In this document: piece by piece, positions 1-12,200 of the stretch | Position numbering within the stretch: the first letter of the stretch is position 1 | How the letters are laid out: each line of letters opens with the position of its first letter | Source of the DNA: Lama guanicoe | Lineage: Eukaryota | DNA: 64,000 nucleotides | Direction of reading: 5' to 3' | Assembly (NCBI GenBank): GCA_013239625.1 | Contig: MU053594.1 | Location: forward strand, 1,678,127-1,742,126 | Notes under the pieces: model-generated | What the model was told of the DNA's origin: nothing | What the model saw: the letters and a program-made list of their open reading frames with translations, nothing else | Databases searched by the model: none | Program-made: the position numbers and the translations under genes

Positions 1-39
1 GTGTGTGTGTGTGTGAGTGTGTGTGTGTGTGTGTGTGTG
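1..39. repeat. (GT)n microsatellite with one GA interruption
   Basis: Direct reading; the same interruption is present in the paralogous tract. Confidence 0.95.
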
Positions 40-1305
40 GTGTTTAAATACAAGCTTTAACCAAGAGTAAGAAACATTAGTCTTTCTCCATGACCAGATA
101 ATAGATCTTCCTCACGAGCCCCCAAACTCTGAAGTACATCTAGTGTGCTGCTCAATTTCCTGTCAGTCAAGCATTGCAAATGTGGTCAAAGGCTTATCGA
201 TTTTCAACAACAAATGTGAAAGTGATTATGCCTAATGAAACTATTATGTGAACGCCTTAAGTGTTTCCTTGGTGGTTTCCCCTCTGTGAAAAGACAGACA
301 TTATTTTCTTTCTCCAGGACATTTTCAAAAGGAACACTGGTATAAATGGTAGGAAAGAAAAAAACAAAGTTTGTTTCTGGTCAGAACTCCTTAGCTCCAT
401 GCTAATAAAATCCAGATTTAAAAAGAGGAGACAGAGAAAAAGAAAGTGGCTGTGTTCAGACTTTTGGCTCAGGGGTGGCCTAGAGGAACACCTGCCCTGG
501 GGAAATGTTCCACGAGATAAGATCCTGCCACAGAGCTAGAAGGCGCCCTGCAGGGGGACAGGGTGCACAGGCTGGAGCAAATCACTGCACATTTCCTGCC
601 TTCTTCCTTATAGTCCCCTCTGTGGTTCACTCAGACCCTTGGAGGTGTCATGGCCAAGCTCTAGTTTTCCAAGATCAGACAGCCCCCCAGGTTTGGCTTT
701 CTCTGCTTCTCCGCCAGGCAACCTCAAAACGCTAACATGTGGTCAGATCCCTGTCTGTGAAAATGACCAGTCTCTCAGACACCACAAAAAAGAGATTCGC
801 AGGTTGGACGGGGCCTCTTTCCCCTTCCTTTAAAGCAGAGGTGGCCGTCCTTGGGTCTGGATGCTGTCTATTTCTTACCACTTTTACATGCAACCTTTGA
901 AATGAGCAGAGAAACCAAAGACCAAAAAAGAAAAGGCATTCAAGTGTACCACTCTGGACCATGTTTGCACTGATTGATCCAATGTAATACTAAGAACATG
1001 AGGACATCTGAGGGCAGACTACCTACCTAACAACAAACTCAGTAGTCATGTAAATTCAGTGTAAGTTCCTTCTCCTGTAGGGCTGTGCAGAGCTTAAGGG
1101 TAGATTGTTTCTTATTTTTGGTTCCTTGACATCCTGTGCCCTCCTAGTTTCCCCGTCCTCTACACACTCTGAGCCCTTGAGAAGTGCTTACTGAGTTTTG
1201 CTCATGAACTCTGGCTCCAGCATCCTATCCGATTAGTCTCCTCTCTCCAGTGTGCACCTGCCACCCAAAAGAGGTTCTGATGACATTGTTTTTTTTTTCC
1301 CCTAG

Positions 1306-1739
1306 TGGAATCTACATCCATGACCAAGATCTCCACAACAAAGCAAAAGACAACCCCAGCTCCAAAACCAACCACAACCCGCAAACCAGCAGCCACACCC
1401 CGCAAAACAGCAGCAACACCCGGCAAACCAGCAGCCAGAACCCCCAAATCGAAATCCACACCCCGCAGACCGCCAGCCACAACCCCTAAACTGGCATCCA
1501 CAACCCGTACCACAGCCAGAACCCATACCACATCCACAAACTATACCAAACCCAAACCCCATACCATAGTCACAAACCATACCACATCCACCAACCATAG
1601 CAAACCCACACCCCGTACCACAGCCCGAACCTCAGCCCGAACCTCAGCCAATAGTTTGGCCAACACAGCCTTCCGCGGCCCCATCAGATACGCCATCCAG
1701 CTCCTGCTCGTCTTCCTCACCAGCAAACTCCTCTTCTAG
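1306..1739 (+). CDS. PLET1: PLET1-like paralogue A, terminal coding exon (Thr/Pro/Lys/Arg-rich stalk plus GPI-anchor signal); upstream exons lie outside the window
   Basis: Poly-T/cctag acceptor at 1301-1305; open frame to TAG at 1737-1739; C-terminus LANTAFRGPIRYAIQLLLVFLTSKLLF resembles the PLET1 hydrophobic tail; paralogous to exon 4 of copy B. Confidence 0.88.
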
Positions 1740-2272
1740 AAAGGACGCTACGGGAACACTTGCTTCTGCTGCCACTGCATCCTTCTATGTTCAGTTCCAA
1801 GCCAGGACTCTGACACACGTGAACAAAGCTTTACGTTCTCAGACGTCCACCTCCACTCCCGCTCCTTCAGACCAAAACGGAGACCTGAGGGTCACTCGGT
1901 GAGGGGAACAGTCCACTCAGTGGTGTTCAACTGTGTGTCTCAGGACACAAATTAGGCTTTTTGTAACTACTTAGACCTAGATTTTGGCTCCTGGCTTAAC
2001 ATGTTCACAGCCAGTTACACAGCCAGTCCAAACTTTTATTTAGATGCAACACCAGTAGCATCTGAAGGGCAAGAAAATAAGAATGTACCAGGTCTTGAGT
2101 AGTCAAGGATAGGGAAAGATCATGGTATAAAGGCATTATTTTCTGTGTCATACCAACTAAACTATACCTCAAACAAGAATAATGAATGTGTTAAATTCAA
2201 ATATGTCTTTAATGAGTGATCAATTTAAAATATAGAAAATGTCATCTAATTTTATTCATTTATGGGAGCATT

Positions 2273-2278
2273 AATAAA
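2273..2278 (+). terminator. Polyadenylation signal, PLET1 copy A
   Basis: AATAAA ~530 nt after the stop codon, followed by a GT-rich tract. Confidence 0.65.
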
Positions 2279-2539
2279 ATCAATGGAATGGTGAGAGTGT
2301 GTATGTTTTCGAAGCCAGATATAAGGGTAACATTTTCTCAATTTTAATTTTTCTCGACTGCAAACTGGTCAGTTTTCCCCTAGTGGTAATCTCCACTAAG
2401 AAACATGGGTAAAATATTTATAATATTCATAATATAACATAAAACCAAAACAAAACATGGTATTTCCAGTAATAAGTAACAAAGTTTTCTTTTAATAGCT
2501 ATGCTAAATTCCAAGATGCCAACTTCAGTGACATATGTG

Positions 2540-3180
2540 ACCCTAGTGGCTGTGAGGTAGCATCTCTACACAGTGGTATCTCTTTCTGGTTTTGATGTGC
2601 ATTTTCCTAATGACTATTAAAGTTGAGTATTTTCATCTGCTTATTTACCTTTTTTTGAAAGTTACATCATATTCATATTATACTTATTTACCATTTATAT
2701 ATCTACTTTGGAGAAAGTATTCAGATTTTAAAATTGGGATATTTGTCTATTTATTGTTGAGTTGTTAGTGTTCTTTGTATATTCTGGATACTAGGCCCTT
2801 CTCAGAAATATAATTTGCAAATATTTTCTCCCAATATTTGGGTTATTTTTTCACTTTGATAGTTGTCCTTTGAAGAACAAAAGATTTTAGTTTCGATAAA
2901 GTCCAACTTATCTATTTTTCCTTTGGTTGCTTTTGTTTTATGCATTATACCTACTAAACTGTTGCTTAATCCAAAGCCATGAAGATTCATACTTATGTTT
3001 TTGCTAGGGTTTTAAAGCATTTCGGTCATTGAGCCACCTTGAGCTGATTTTTATACGGTGTGACAGAGGGGTACACTTTCACTCTTTTGCATGGGAGTAT
3101 CCTGTTTTCCCAGCACCATTTGTTGAAAAGACTGTTTCACCCTGATTGAACTATCTAGGCACCCTTGTCAAAAATCTGTT
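2540..3180 (-). mobile_element. Old LINE-1 fragment (3' ORF2 region), continuing at ~3621-3711 and ~6817-6925
   Basis: Typical antisense L1 text (tttgcaaatattttctccca, ccagcaccatttgttgaaaagact) interrupted by younger insertions. Confidence 0.75.
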
Positions 3181-3711
3181 GTTATACAATAATCCATAAA
3201 AACACTGAATCACTATGTTATACACTTGAAACTAGTATAACTTTGTAAGTCAACTATACATCAATCTTTAAAAGTAGTTTTTTAAAAAAAGGATATGATG
3301 GGTAGAAGAATTTATAAGTTTCAAGCCAAAGTGGAGTATGGCAGTGTTTCCAAGCATACAAATTTATGATTTCATAAGAATTCCTAATTTCATAAAAGGA
3401 GTCATTGGACCAATATAGCAGCAAATTGTTTTAATTCTAGCATTCAAAATAACTTTCACTCCTTTTTGGAGCAACCTGAAGCAAAAACACTGTCAAAGAT
3501 ACATTTAGTAAATTTCATTTCTTCAGAGTCATTGGAAAAAGTTTTTTAATCTGGTATGAATCTCCTTGCAACAGAGGTTTAATCTTTCTGTAATAAAATT
3601 TATCCTTAAATGACAAAAAAGTTCATCGTAAGTATATGAGTTTATTTCTGACCTTGCAGCTCTGTTTCATTGATCTACATGTCTATCTTGATGGCAGTAC
3701 CACAATGACTT

Positions 3712-6700
3712 TTTTTTAAATTAAAGTATAGTCGATTTACAATTAGTTTCAGGTGTACAACATAGTGATTCACAATTTTTTTACACTATACTTCATTTGA
3801 AGCTATTATAAAGTATTGGTTTATTCCCTATGCTATATAGTATGTCCCTGTAGCTTATTTATTTTATACATAGTAGTTTGTACCTCTTAATCCCTTACCC
3901 CTATCGTGCCCCTCCCCTCCCCCTCTCCCCACTGATAACTACTACTTTATTCTCTTTGTCTGTGAGTCTGTTTCTGCTTTGTTATACTCATTCACTTGAG
4001 GTTTTTTTAGATTCTGCATATAAGTGATAACATACAGTGTTTGTCTTTCTCTGACTTATGTCACTAAGCATAATAAGGTCCATCCATGTTGTTGCAAATG
4101 GCAACATTTCATCCTTTTTATGGCTGAGTAGTATTCCATTGTGTATATACACCTCATCTTCCTTAACAATTCATCTGTTCATGGACACTTAGGTTGCTTC
4201 AGAGTCTTGGCTATTGTAAATAATGCTGCTATGAACATTGGGGTGTATGTATCTTTTCAAACTAGTGTTTTGGGGCTTTTTGGATATATACCAAAGAGTG
4301 GAATTGCTGGGTCATATGGTAGTTCTATTTTCAGTGTTTTCAGAAACTTTCATACTGTTTTCCACTGTGGCTACACCAATTTACATTTCTGTCAACAGTG
4401 TACAGGAGTTCCCTTTTCTCCACATCCTCATCAACATTTGTTATATGTGGTCATTTTCATGACAGCCATTCTGTCAGGTGTAGGGTGTTATCTCATTGTG
4501 CTTCTGATTTGCATTTCTCTGATGAGCAATGTTGAGGGTCTTTTCATTTCCCTGTCAGACATCTGTATGTCTTCTTTGGGAAAATGCCCATTCAGGTCCT
4601 CTGCCCATTTTTCAATTGAGTCGTTTTTTCTCTTCTTGTATTTTTTATCAATTTTTCATTTTTTTCAATCAATTTTTTCCTCTATATCTTATAGTTTTCT
4701 GAGTACAGGTCTTTTACTTGCTTGGTTATTTTATTCCCAGGTATTTTATTTTTTTGATGTGATTATCAATGGGATTGCTTTTTAATTTCTCTCTCTGATA
4801 CTTCATTGTCAGTGTATAGAAATGCGACAGATTTCTCTGTATTAATTTTGTATCTTGCAACTTTGCTGAATTCATTGATGAGTTCTGGTAGTTTTCTGCT
4901 GACGTCTTTAGGATTTTCTATGTATAGTATCACGTTATTGGCAAACATAATATACATAGTGAATTTTACTTCTTCTCTTCTGATTTGAATTTCTTTTTCT
5001 TCTCTGATTTCTGGGGCCAGGACTTCCAATACTATGCTGAATAAAAGTGGTGAGAACGGACATCCTTGTCTTGTTCCTGATCTTGAAGGAAGTGCTTTCA
5101 GTTTTTCACCATTCAGTGTGATACTAGCTGTGGGGTTCTCATACATGGTCTTTCTTATGTTAAAGTATGATTCCTCCAGACCCACTTTGTGGAGAGTTTT
5201 TACCACACATCGTTGCTGATTTTTTTTCAAAAGTTTTTTTGATACCTATTGAGATGATTACACGATTTTATTCTTCATTATTTTATTTTTTAAACATTTT
5301 TCATGAGTTATAGTCATTTTACAATGTTGTGTCACATTCCAGTGTACAGCTTCAGTTTTTTAATGTGCTGTATCACATGGATTGATTTGCCAATATTGAA
5401 TCCTCTTTGCATCCCTGGAATGAATTCCACTTCACTATGGTGTGCGATCCTTCTAATGTATTGTTGCATCTGGTTTCCTATACATTTGTTGAGGATATTT
5501 TGTGTCCATGTTCATCAGTGATATTGGCCAGTACTTCTCTTTTGCTGTGATATCTTCAGCACGTTTTGGTATCAGGGTGATGCTGGCCTTATCAAATAAA
5601 TTCAGAAGCAATCCTTTCTCTGTAATTTTTTGCAATCATTTACGAAGGATCTAAGTGTGAAATCTCCTCCAAATGTTTGTTAGAATTCACCAGTGAAGCC
5701 ATCTGGTCTTGCACTATTTTGTTAGGAGTTTTTTTTTTCTTAATTCCTGATTCAATTTCATTACTTGTAATTTGTCTATTCATGTTTCCTATTTCATCTT
5801 GGTTCAAGCTTGGGAGACTCTACATTTTGGAATTTGTCCATTTCTTCTAGGTTGCCCATTTTATTGGCATGTGGGTATTTGTAGTGATATCTTGGGATCA
5901 TTTGTATTTCTGTGGTGTTGGTTGTAATTTCTTTTTCATTTCTGATTTTATTGCCTTGGGTCCTTTCTTGTGTCCTGAGATCTCTGGCTGCACAGCCCTG
6001 GGCTTCCCAGCGCCTGTCCAGTGACCTGTAGGGCCAGGTCCTGGACCCTCTGGTGGACAGAGCCCTGTCCAGGAATGGCTGTGGGCTCTGAAGGTCTTAA
6101 AGAAGTCTGCCTGCTGGTAGGTGGGGCTGTGCCCCCACCTAGGTAGTTGCCTGGCCTGAGGTGTCCCAGGATTGGTGCAAAAGGCTGCTGGGTAGACTCA
6201 GGTCCTGGCATTAACAAGCTAGAGGGAGGATTCCACAAGGGTGTCGGCCAGTACCAATGTCCACATGGCAGAGCAAGCTCCCAGAAATGGCTTCGGCCAG
6301 TATCTGCCCCCAGAACGGACTCCAGTTGCCTCCTGCCTCTCCAGGAGTCTCTCCAAGATCACTGGGTGGATCTGACCCATTCCTTTCAAATCACTGCTTC
6401 TGCCCTGGGTCCTGGAGCATGTGAGATTTTGTGTGCACCCTTTCGGAGTGGACTCTCTATTTCCCCTAGCCCTCTTGCTCTCCTCACAGTAAGCCCTGCT
6501 GGCCTTCAAAGCCAAATGTTCTGAGGGCTTGTCTTCCCAGTGCAAGACTTCCAGGCTGGGGAGCCCAAAGTGTGGCTCAGACCCCTCACTCCTTGAGGAG
6601 ATCTGCAATTGTCGTTATTCACTCTGGGGCAAGGGTCTTCACGACTCCTCCCCTCCAACTCATCTCCTTGTGGCTCCTTCTTTATATCGTTAGTTGTGGG

Positions 6701-6816
6701 AGATCTTTTCCAGTAGCGTTCAGTCTTTCTCATCAATAATTACTCTGTACATAGCTGTAATCTTGGTGTGCCCGTGAAAGGATGTGAGCTCCTTGTCCTT
6801 CTACTCCACCATCTTT
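3712..6816 (-). mobile_element. Internally deleted LINE-1 retaining 5' UTR, ORF2 pieces and 3' tail, nested in an older L1
   Basis: ORF 4766-5230 carries RT motifs ([21 protein letters not shown]); 5' end AAGATGGTGGAGTAG on the minus strand; poly-T at ~3710; imperfect flanking duplication ccacaatgactt/ccacgctgtctt. Confidence 0.8.
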
Positions 6817-6989
6817 CCACGCTGTCTTGATTACAGTAGCTTTGTAGTAAGTTTTGAAATTTGCAAGTGTGAGTCCTCCAGCTTTGTTGTTGTTTCAAGA
6901 TCATTTTGGCTATTATGAGTCCTTTGTTGGAGTTTTCAGTATACAAGTCTTGCACTTGTTTTGTTACACTTACTCAGTGTCTTTACTGA

Positions 6990-8275
6990 ATATTTTCAAG
7001 TTCACTGATACTTTCTTCTGCCACTTCAAATCTGTTGTTAAAGTCTGTTAATTCCTTCTAGTCAACTTTTCATCTCAGTTATAGTTTTCAACTACAAATT
7101 TGCTGTTTGGTCCTTTTTCTCATTTCTGTTTCTTTACTGATACTCTTTACTTGGTAAGACATCATTCTGATACTTTCCTTTCATCCTTTAAGCATGGCTT
7201 CTTCTAGTTTTTTGAGCATATTTATAATAATTCAGCTAAAGGTTTTTCTAGTAAGTCCAAGATCTGGAGTTCCTCTGGGACAGTTTCTACTGACCAAGAG
7301 TTTTTTCCTGTACACAGACCATACTTTCGTATTTCTTGTGCGTCTTATAATTTTTATTGAGTATCGAACATTTGAAAAATACAATGTGATCACTCTGCAC
7401 ACCAGATTCCCTTCCCCCCAGGGTTGGCTGTAGTTTCCACTGGTTATTATTGCTTGTTGTTGCTGCTACTGCTGTCTGTTCAGTAAACTTTATGAATTAG
7501 TTGTCTGAAGTCAATATTCCTTATCATGTGTGGCCACTGAAGTATAGCTTAGTGGCCAGCTAATGAATAATCAGAGATTTCCTAAATGCCTTGAATCAAT
7601 AAGTCTCCCAACATTTGCCACATTCCTCTCTGCATGAATTCTGGGGCATGCCATCACTGGTCACATAGGCAGTTTACAACTCTGCCTTAGCCTACATTTT
7701 TTTACGTGCATAGCTCCGCAAGGTCAGCCAGAGATGAGACATAAGTGCTTCTCAGGTCTTTTCTGGGCATGTGTAGAGCCCCGTACATGCACATGGCCTT
7801 TCAGATTCCCAGGAATTTGTCAGAGCATTCCAAACCTCCCAACCAAGATCTCATTCCCCAGTGTTTCCTTTTACATTTTTTGTTAGTCCCAGTTGCAACC
7901 ACTGCTTCAGGCAGATGCACTGTTAAAAACTCCTCACTGATTATTTTCAACAAATACCCTAGCAATAAGTCTGTTTGCAAAGAACAAGTTCTGAAAGCAA
8001 TTTGTGGACAGGTCACATAGTGACAATTGTCTGGAAATGAGGCTTCGGGGCGAGCTCCAAACCCATTCTGTCCCTTTCCTTTTGGCTGCTACTTTGCTGG
8101 TCTTCATGGCTACCAGAGTTGCAAGGTTGTTGCTTCCTAAAGCTGCTTGAAGAGCTGGGGTGACAGGGATGGGGACAGGGCAAGTTAGAACGTCACGATG
8201 CCCACTGTGCTCGGTAAGATCCAGCAGTTTTTCTTAAACAAACATTTTTCTTCAGAGGTCCTCACTTCCTATTCC
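6990..8275 (-). mobile_element. Ancient L1 (L1MC/ME-like) 5' region
   Basis: Degenerate antisense L1 5'/ORF1 text; shares motifs (atgtggccactgaagt) with 20920-21410. Confidence 0.5.
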
Positions 8276-8823
8276 GTAAATACTTCTCTTGAAGAAACAT
8301 GCATAAATACCCTTTTGATTCAATTCTACGTGTTTTTGTTTTCTTTCTATTCAGAAAATAGAATACTTCTTTCCTCTTTCCTCCTTCAGTGAGTGGATTA
8401 AAATCACAGAAGAGATATGAGAAAATACACTTTCTGATTTTTTCAACTAGTTTCTTTGTGTTATGGTGTTTATAGTGAAAAGTGTCAGGCAGGAGCAAGA
8501 TGGACCAAAGTCATTTCTTTCCAAGGAAATAAATATCAATCCAGAACCACAATCTTTCCAGTTTGGTGCTAGTCACAAAATGAACCAGGTTAGGGAACAT
8601 GTTTGATAAAGAAGAACTGGAAAAGGATGTATAATGTTCCATGAGAACAAGGGCTTTTATGCCTGAGTTTCCCACAGGGAACAGAGTGGAGATTCTAAGC
8701 AGGCCAGGTATGAGATGATTACTCAACTCTGGATTTCACTTTGCCGGCATTCACCCTTCTCATGGCTTTCTTCACATACCAAATGCTGAGCTGACGGAGA
8801 TGCTAATAAGTCCATGACCAGTA

Positions 8824-9003
8824 CATTCCCCCCCGTCCTGGGCCAATCTGGAACTGATAAAGGATCATGGTGGCAGATACTGGGAGATTCATTCCTAGTG
8901 ATAACTTAGGCCAAATTCCAGAAGCCAGTTCATTTTAGGGAGGAGTGCAAGGGAGATTTGCCTGTATGATGTCACCCAGAAGATCCAGCCCAGAGCATAT
9001 AAA
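8824..9003 (+). promoter_or_regulatory. Proximal promoter of PLET1 copy B
   Basis: TATAAA at 8998-9003, ~60 nt before the ATG; CRE-like TGATGTCA at 8967-8974; TGATAA at 8855 and 8899; CATTCC at 8824 and 8890; CCAAT at 8843. Confidence 0.55.
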
Positions 9004-9063
9004 CAGGTGAGCTGTAGACCTTACCCAGTCCCAGGTCCAGCAGTTTCCAAACAGACCAAGACC

Positions 9064-9247
9064 ATGGCAGTCCTTGGTTCCCCACTGCTGCCCCTGGTGC
9101 TGTCTCTGTGCCTCGGACTGCTGGTTCCTTCGGCCAAGTGTCAGTATCCTATCGGCAAATGCATAACACTGAGTAACATCATCGCTGCCACTGATGGGGG
9201 AGTCCAGGCCTTCCCAAAGAGCTATAAAAGCAACACAATGTACACAG
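9064..9247 (+). CDS. PLET1: PLET1 copy B exon 1 (signal peptide MAVLGSPLLPLVLSLCLGLLVPSA...)
   Basis: Strong Kozak accATGG; hydrophobic leader; donor G|gtgagt. Confidence 0.92.
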
Positions 9248-12200
9248 GTGAGTAGAAGCCATCTTCTCTGCTGTCCTTGGTTCTCTGAGGTGAGGTAGCC
9301 AGAATTCTGGAACGTATCCCCTTCCATCGCTGCTTTCAACTACACAAGCAAAGCACGTGTTTTTGACTTGGATGGGACATAGAAACGGGGAGACTGAGAA
9401 CATGGAAGCGAATGGATGGGATGGGGCGGCCTCTGCAAGTTCCCTGTGTGACCTTGAGTATATCCCAGATCTCAGTGTAGCCGATTCCGTGTGAGGGCAC
9501 AACTGCGGCAAGGTGTCTGACTTCAGTAAGTTGGGCTTTGTCACAAAAAAACCTTACAACAGCCTGTGTCGGGCAGGGGTGGGGGTCATCTGTGTTATTT
9601 TCAGGGATAATAAATGCACCGCAGTTGGTAGCTCTTTCCCATCCACTTGATAGGCAGTGCCACCGTGGATGACTGTATACTGCTCAACGTTAGAAGGCAC
9701 TGCTCACACTTAGGCTATGGGTGAAAAATCTGGTGAGCTAGACAGGGAGGGAATTACTCTCCCAACGCAAGTATGAGCCTGAAGCTGAGAGAAGTGAAAT
9801 GACTTTCCTGGGGTCTCACGGCTGGTAAGCAGCAGAGCTGGCCGGATGGCAGATCTTACTCTTTTTGTTCCTAATCCAGTGCTTTTTTGAGGTGCTTAGA
9901 AATATTTTATGAATATTCCTTTGGGATCAGTCAAGCCTACATGTCAAGGCAAGTGCTGTCTAATGACTTTCTTAATAACAACAAATTTAATGTGGCTGTT
10001 TACAGGGACTAGTGCATTGAGTCCTCCTCGACCTTCAAGGTAGATAATGTTGTCATTCCCAGTTTGTGGATGAGAAAACAGAGGCACAGCTGTTAGTACC
10101 TCGCTAGGTCACAGCTACTTGAGTGATGGACCAGGCCCTCAGAGACCCTGCTCGTGGCCAAGACACGATTTGCCTCTCAATTACAGTAATGAGAGCTAAG
10201 ATTTCTTACTGTGGTGTGGGCTGATCCAAGGGCAAATGCTATTGTCTGCCCCATTTTGCAGGTAAGAACTGAGGCATAGGGAAGTTAAAGTTTTACCCAA
10301 GGTCACTAGCAGTTAGCAGGTAATATTGGAACCTAAAACATACCCAAGGTTTGTCCAGCTTTACCCTGCCAGGCTGTCCAGCTTCAGAGCCTACCTTCTC
10401 GTCTGCCATATTACCCTGCCCGGCTTAGAACTCGGAGAATTTCAGGATGACATCCACACCCAGGCTCTACACACTGCAGGCTTCAGCATAAGCATGGCTA
10501 TGGCCTGCCTTCGCACAGTCATCCTGGCTTGTCCTGGTTTCCATTTTCTCGTGGGGAGTGTCACTGTGTGTCTCAGTTGGGATGGGGCTCCCTATGACCC
10601 ACTCCTGCAGACAGCAGGTCTTGTCCTAACCAGGACAGGGAAGATAAACTTGTAATTCAAGATGAGAGGACCATCTTGTATGATCTTGTATACAGGGAAG
10701 GACCTGGGTGGTCTGAGGGACTACTGCAAAAGACACCTCAGACCTCTGACTTAAGATAACATATCACTAAGTGATGGATTTTGTGGCTGAAATGGAAGAG
10801 AAAGAAACCTATCTTGGGAAGATGTGGGAGGGGGGGCAGTGGAGCCTCTTTACAGTAGGAAGACATGAGAAAGAAGAATCAAAAGCCAACACACCAGACC
10901 CCTCGAGGGGACCGTGCTAGATGAGAAGAGAAATCACGCCATTTACACAGGGGTTGATTGCAGCAGAGTTTCAGGAAGGGGAAGGAGGAGAGGAACCATG
11001 GTTCCCTGAATGGCTACTATGTGCCATGCACTCCCCAAAACCTCATTTGACTTCATCTCAGCAAGAAATGTGCTAACGCTCTGGGATAAACTGATTTGCT
11101 ACAGGAATCATTTAGTTGAGACTCAAAATCCTGTATTCTGGGTGATGGGAAGGGCCTGATCCCACACCTGGAATTACACAACAGGCTACATGATTTCCTG
11201 GCAGACTGTCATTATCGGACCTGGCTGGGACTTGGACTATTGCAGAGACTGAGTAAATGCCCACACAGGCCAACAACTTTCCCTGATTTTAAAGTTGAAT
11301 TTTTTTTTAATTTCAAGATTTGTGTTAAAATTGGTATAAATGACATATATAAATGGCTTCACAGGTTCTAAGACACAAGTGCAGCTCAGGCAATATCTTA
11401 GAACAGGTTCTCTGGGTATGCCTTGGTATCAGTCAAAGAAACTCGTAATGCAGTAGCATTCCTATTACAGCTGTGCCGGGTAAGCGCCTGCCTCCACTGT
11501 TTAACTTCCATGGGCCAGAGAAATGTAACTTGCTTGCCCTTCTCCCTGAACCCTCATATTTAAGGCACTAAGCAACATCGGATGCACAACCTTTTTTTCT
11601 TTAACATCAACCAATGAATAGTGACTTAGTGCCTTCCAGGTGCCCAGCACTGGGGATAGCCAGATACTGACACACATGAAATGACAGCATATAGTACAAG
11701 CCAGAACATAATTGAGTCCTCAACTCAAGTAAACATAAGTAAATGAATAAATGATCCAGGAGTGAGAGGGCAAGAGGGCTGAATTGGCCCAGAGGCGGGA
11801 TCTTGGAGAGTCAGTGGGGCTGGGATTCGTGATGAGAAGGAAGGAAGGATTCCAGACAGGCACCCGACATGAACAAAGGCCAGGGGCAGGCGAACCAGGT
11901 GCGTCTGCAGAACCAGACAAGACGGCCACCCCTAGAGTGGGGGTGCGAAGAGCAGAGTGAGCCGGCTAATGAGGCTCATGAGAGCCATGTGTACTGTAAT
12001 TAACACAACAGAAGCAGAAATGTAAAACCAGAAATGTTTAGAGGCTCTAAAATACAAGGGCAGGCACGTCGAAGGTTTTGGACAGCTGTGGGTCCTGATG
12101 GAAGTGTTGGCTGGGGAAATCTGATCTGGTTGCAACCTGGAGGGAGGAGACTGAGGAGGCCAGGAGGAGTGAACAGAGCATGTAAGCCAGGGAGAAGGGA

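Larger units (their letters stand above)
1..2532 (+). repeat. Tandem segmental duplication, copy A (partial; begins before the window), paralogous to 18150-20889
   Basis: 1-1305 matches 18150-19455 and ~1645-2532 matches ~20002-20889 almost base for base; identity stops abruptly after ...aacttcagtgac (2532/20889). Confidence 0.95.

Noticed and set aside
261..962. Short ORFs repeated at 18410-19111
   Set aside because: They lie in PLET1 intron 3; the repetition reflects the duplication, not coding constraint
1202..1726. Minus-strand Gly/Cys/Val-rich ORFs (also 19382-19900) resembling keratin-associated or repeat proteins
   Set aside because: Antisense shadows of the stop-poor PLET1 stalk repeat
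4141..4785. 214-aa hydrophobic ORF
   Set aside because: Antisense reading of an L1 3' region; non-ATG start
7380..7560. Similarity to ~21000-21190 as the recombination substrate for the PLET1 duplication
   Set aside because: Only old, low-identity L1 homology, and the observed breakpoint (2532/20889) lies outside it
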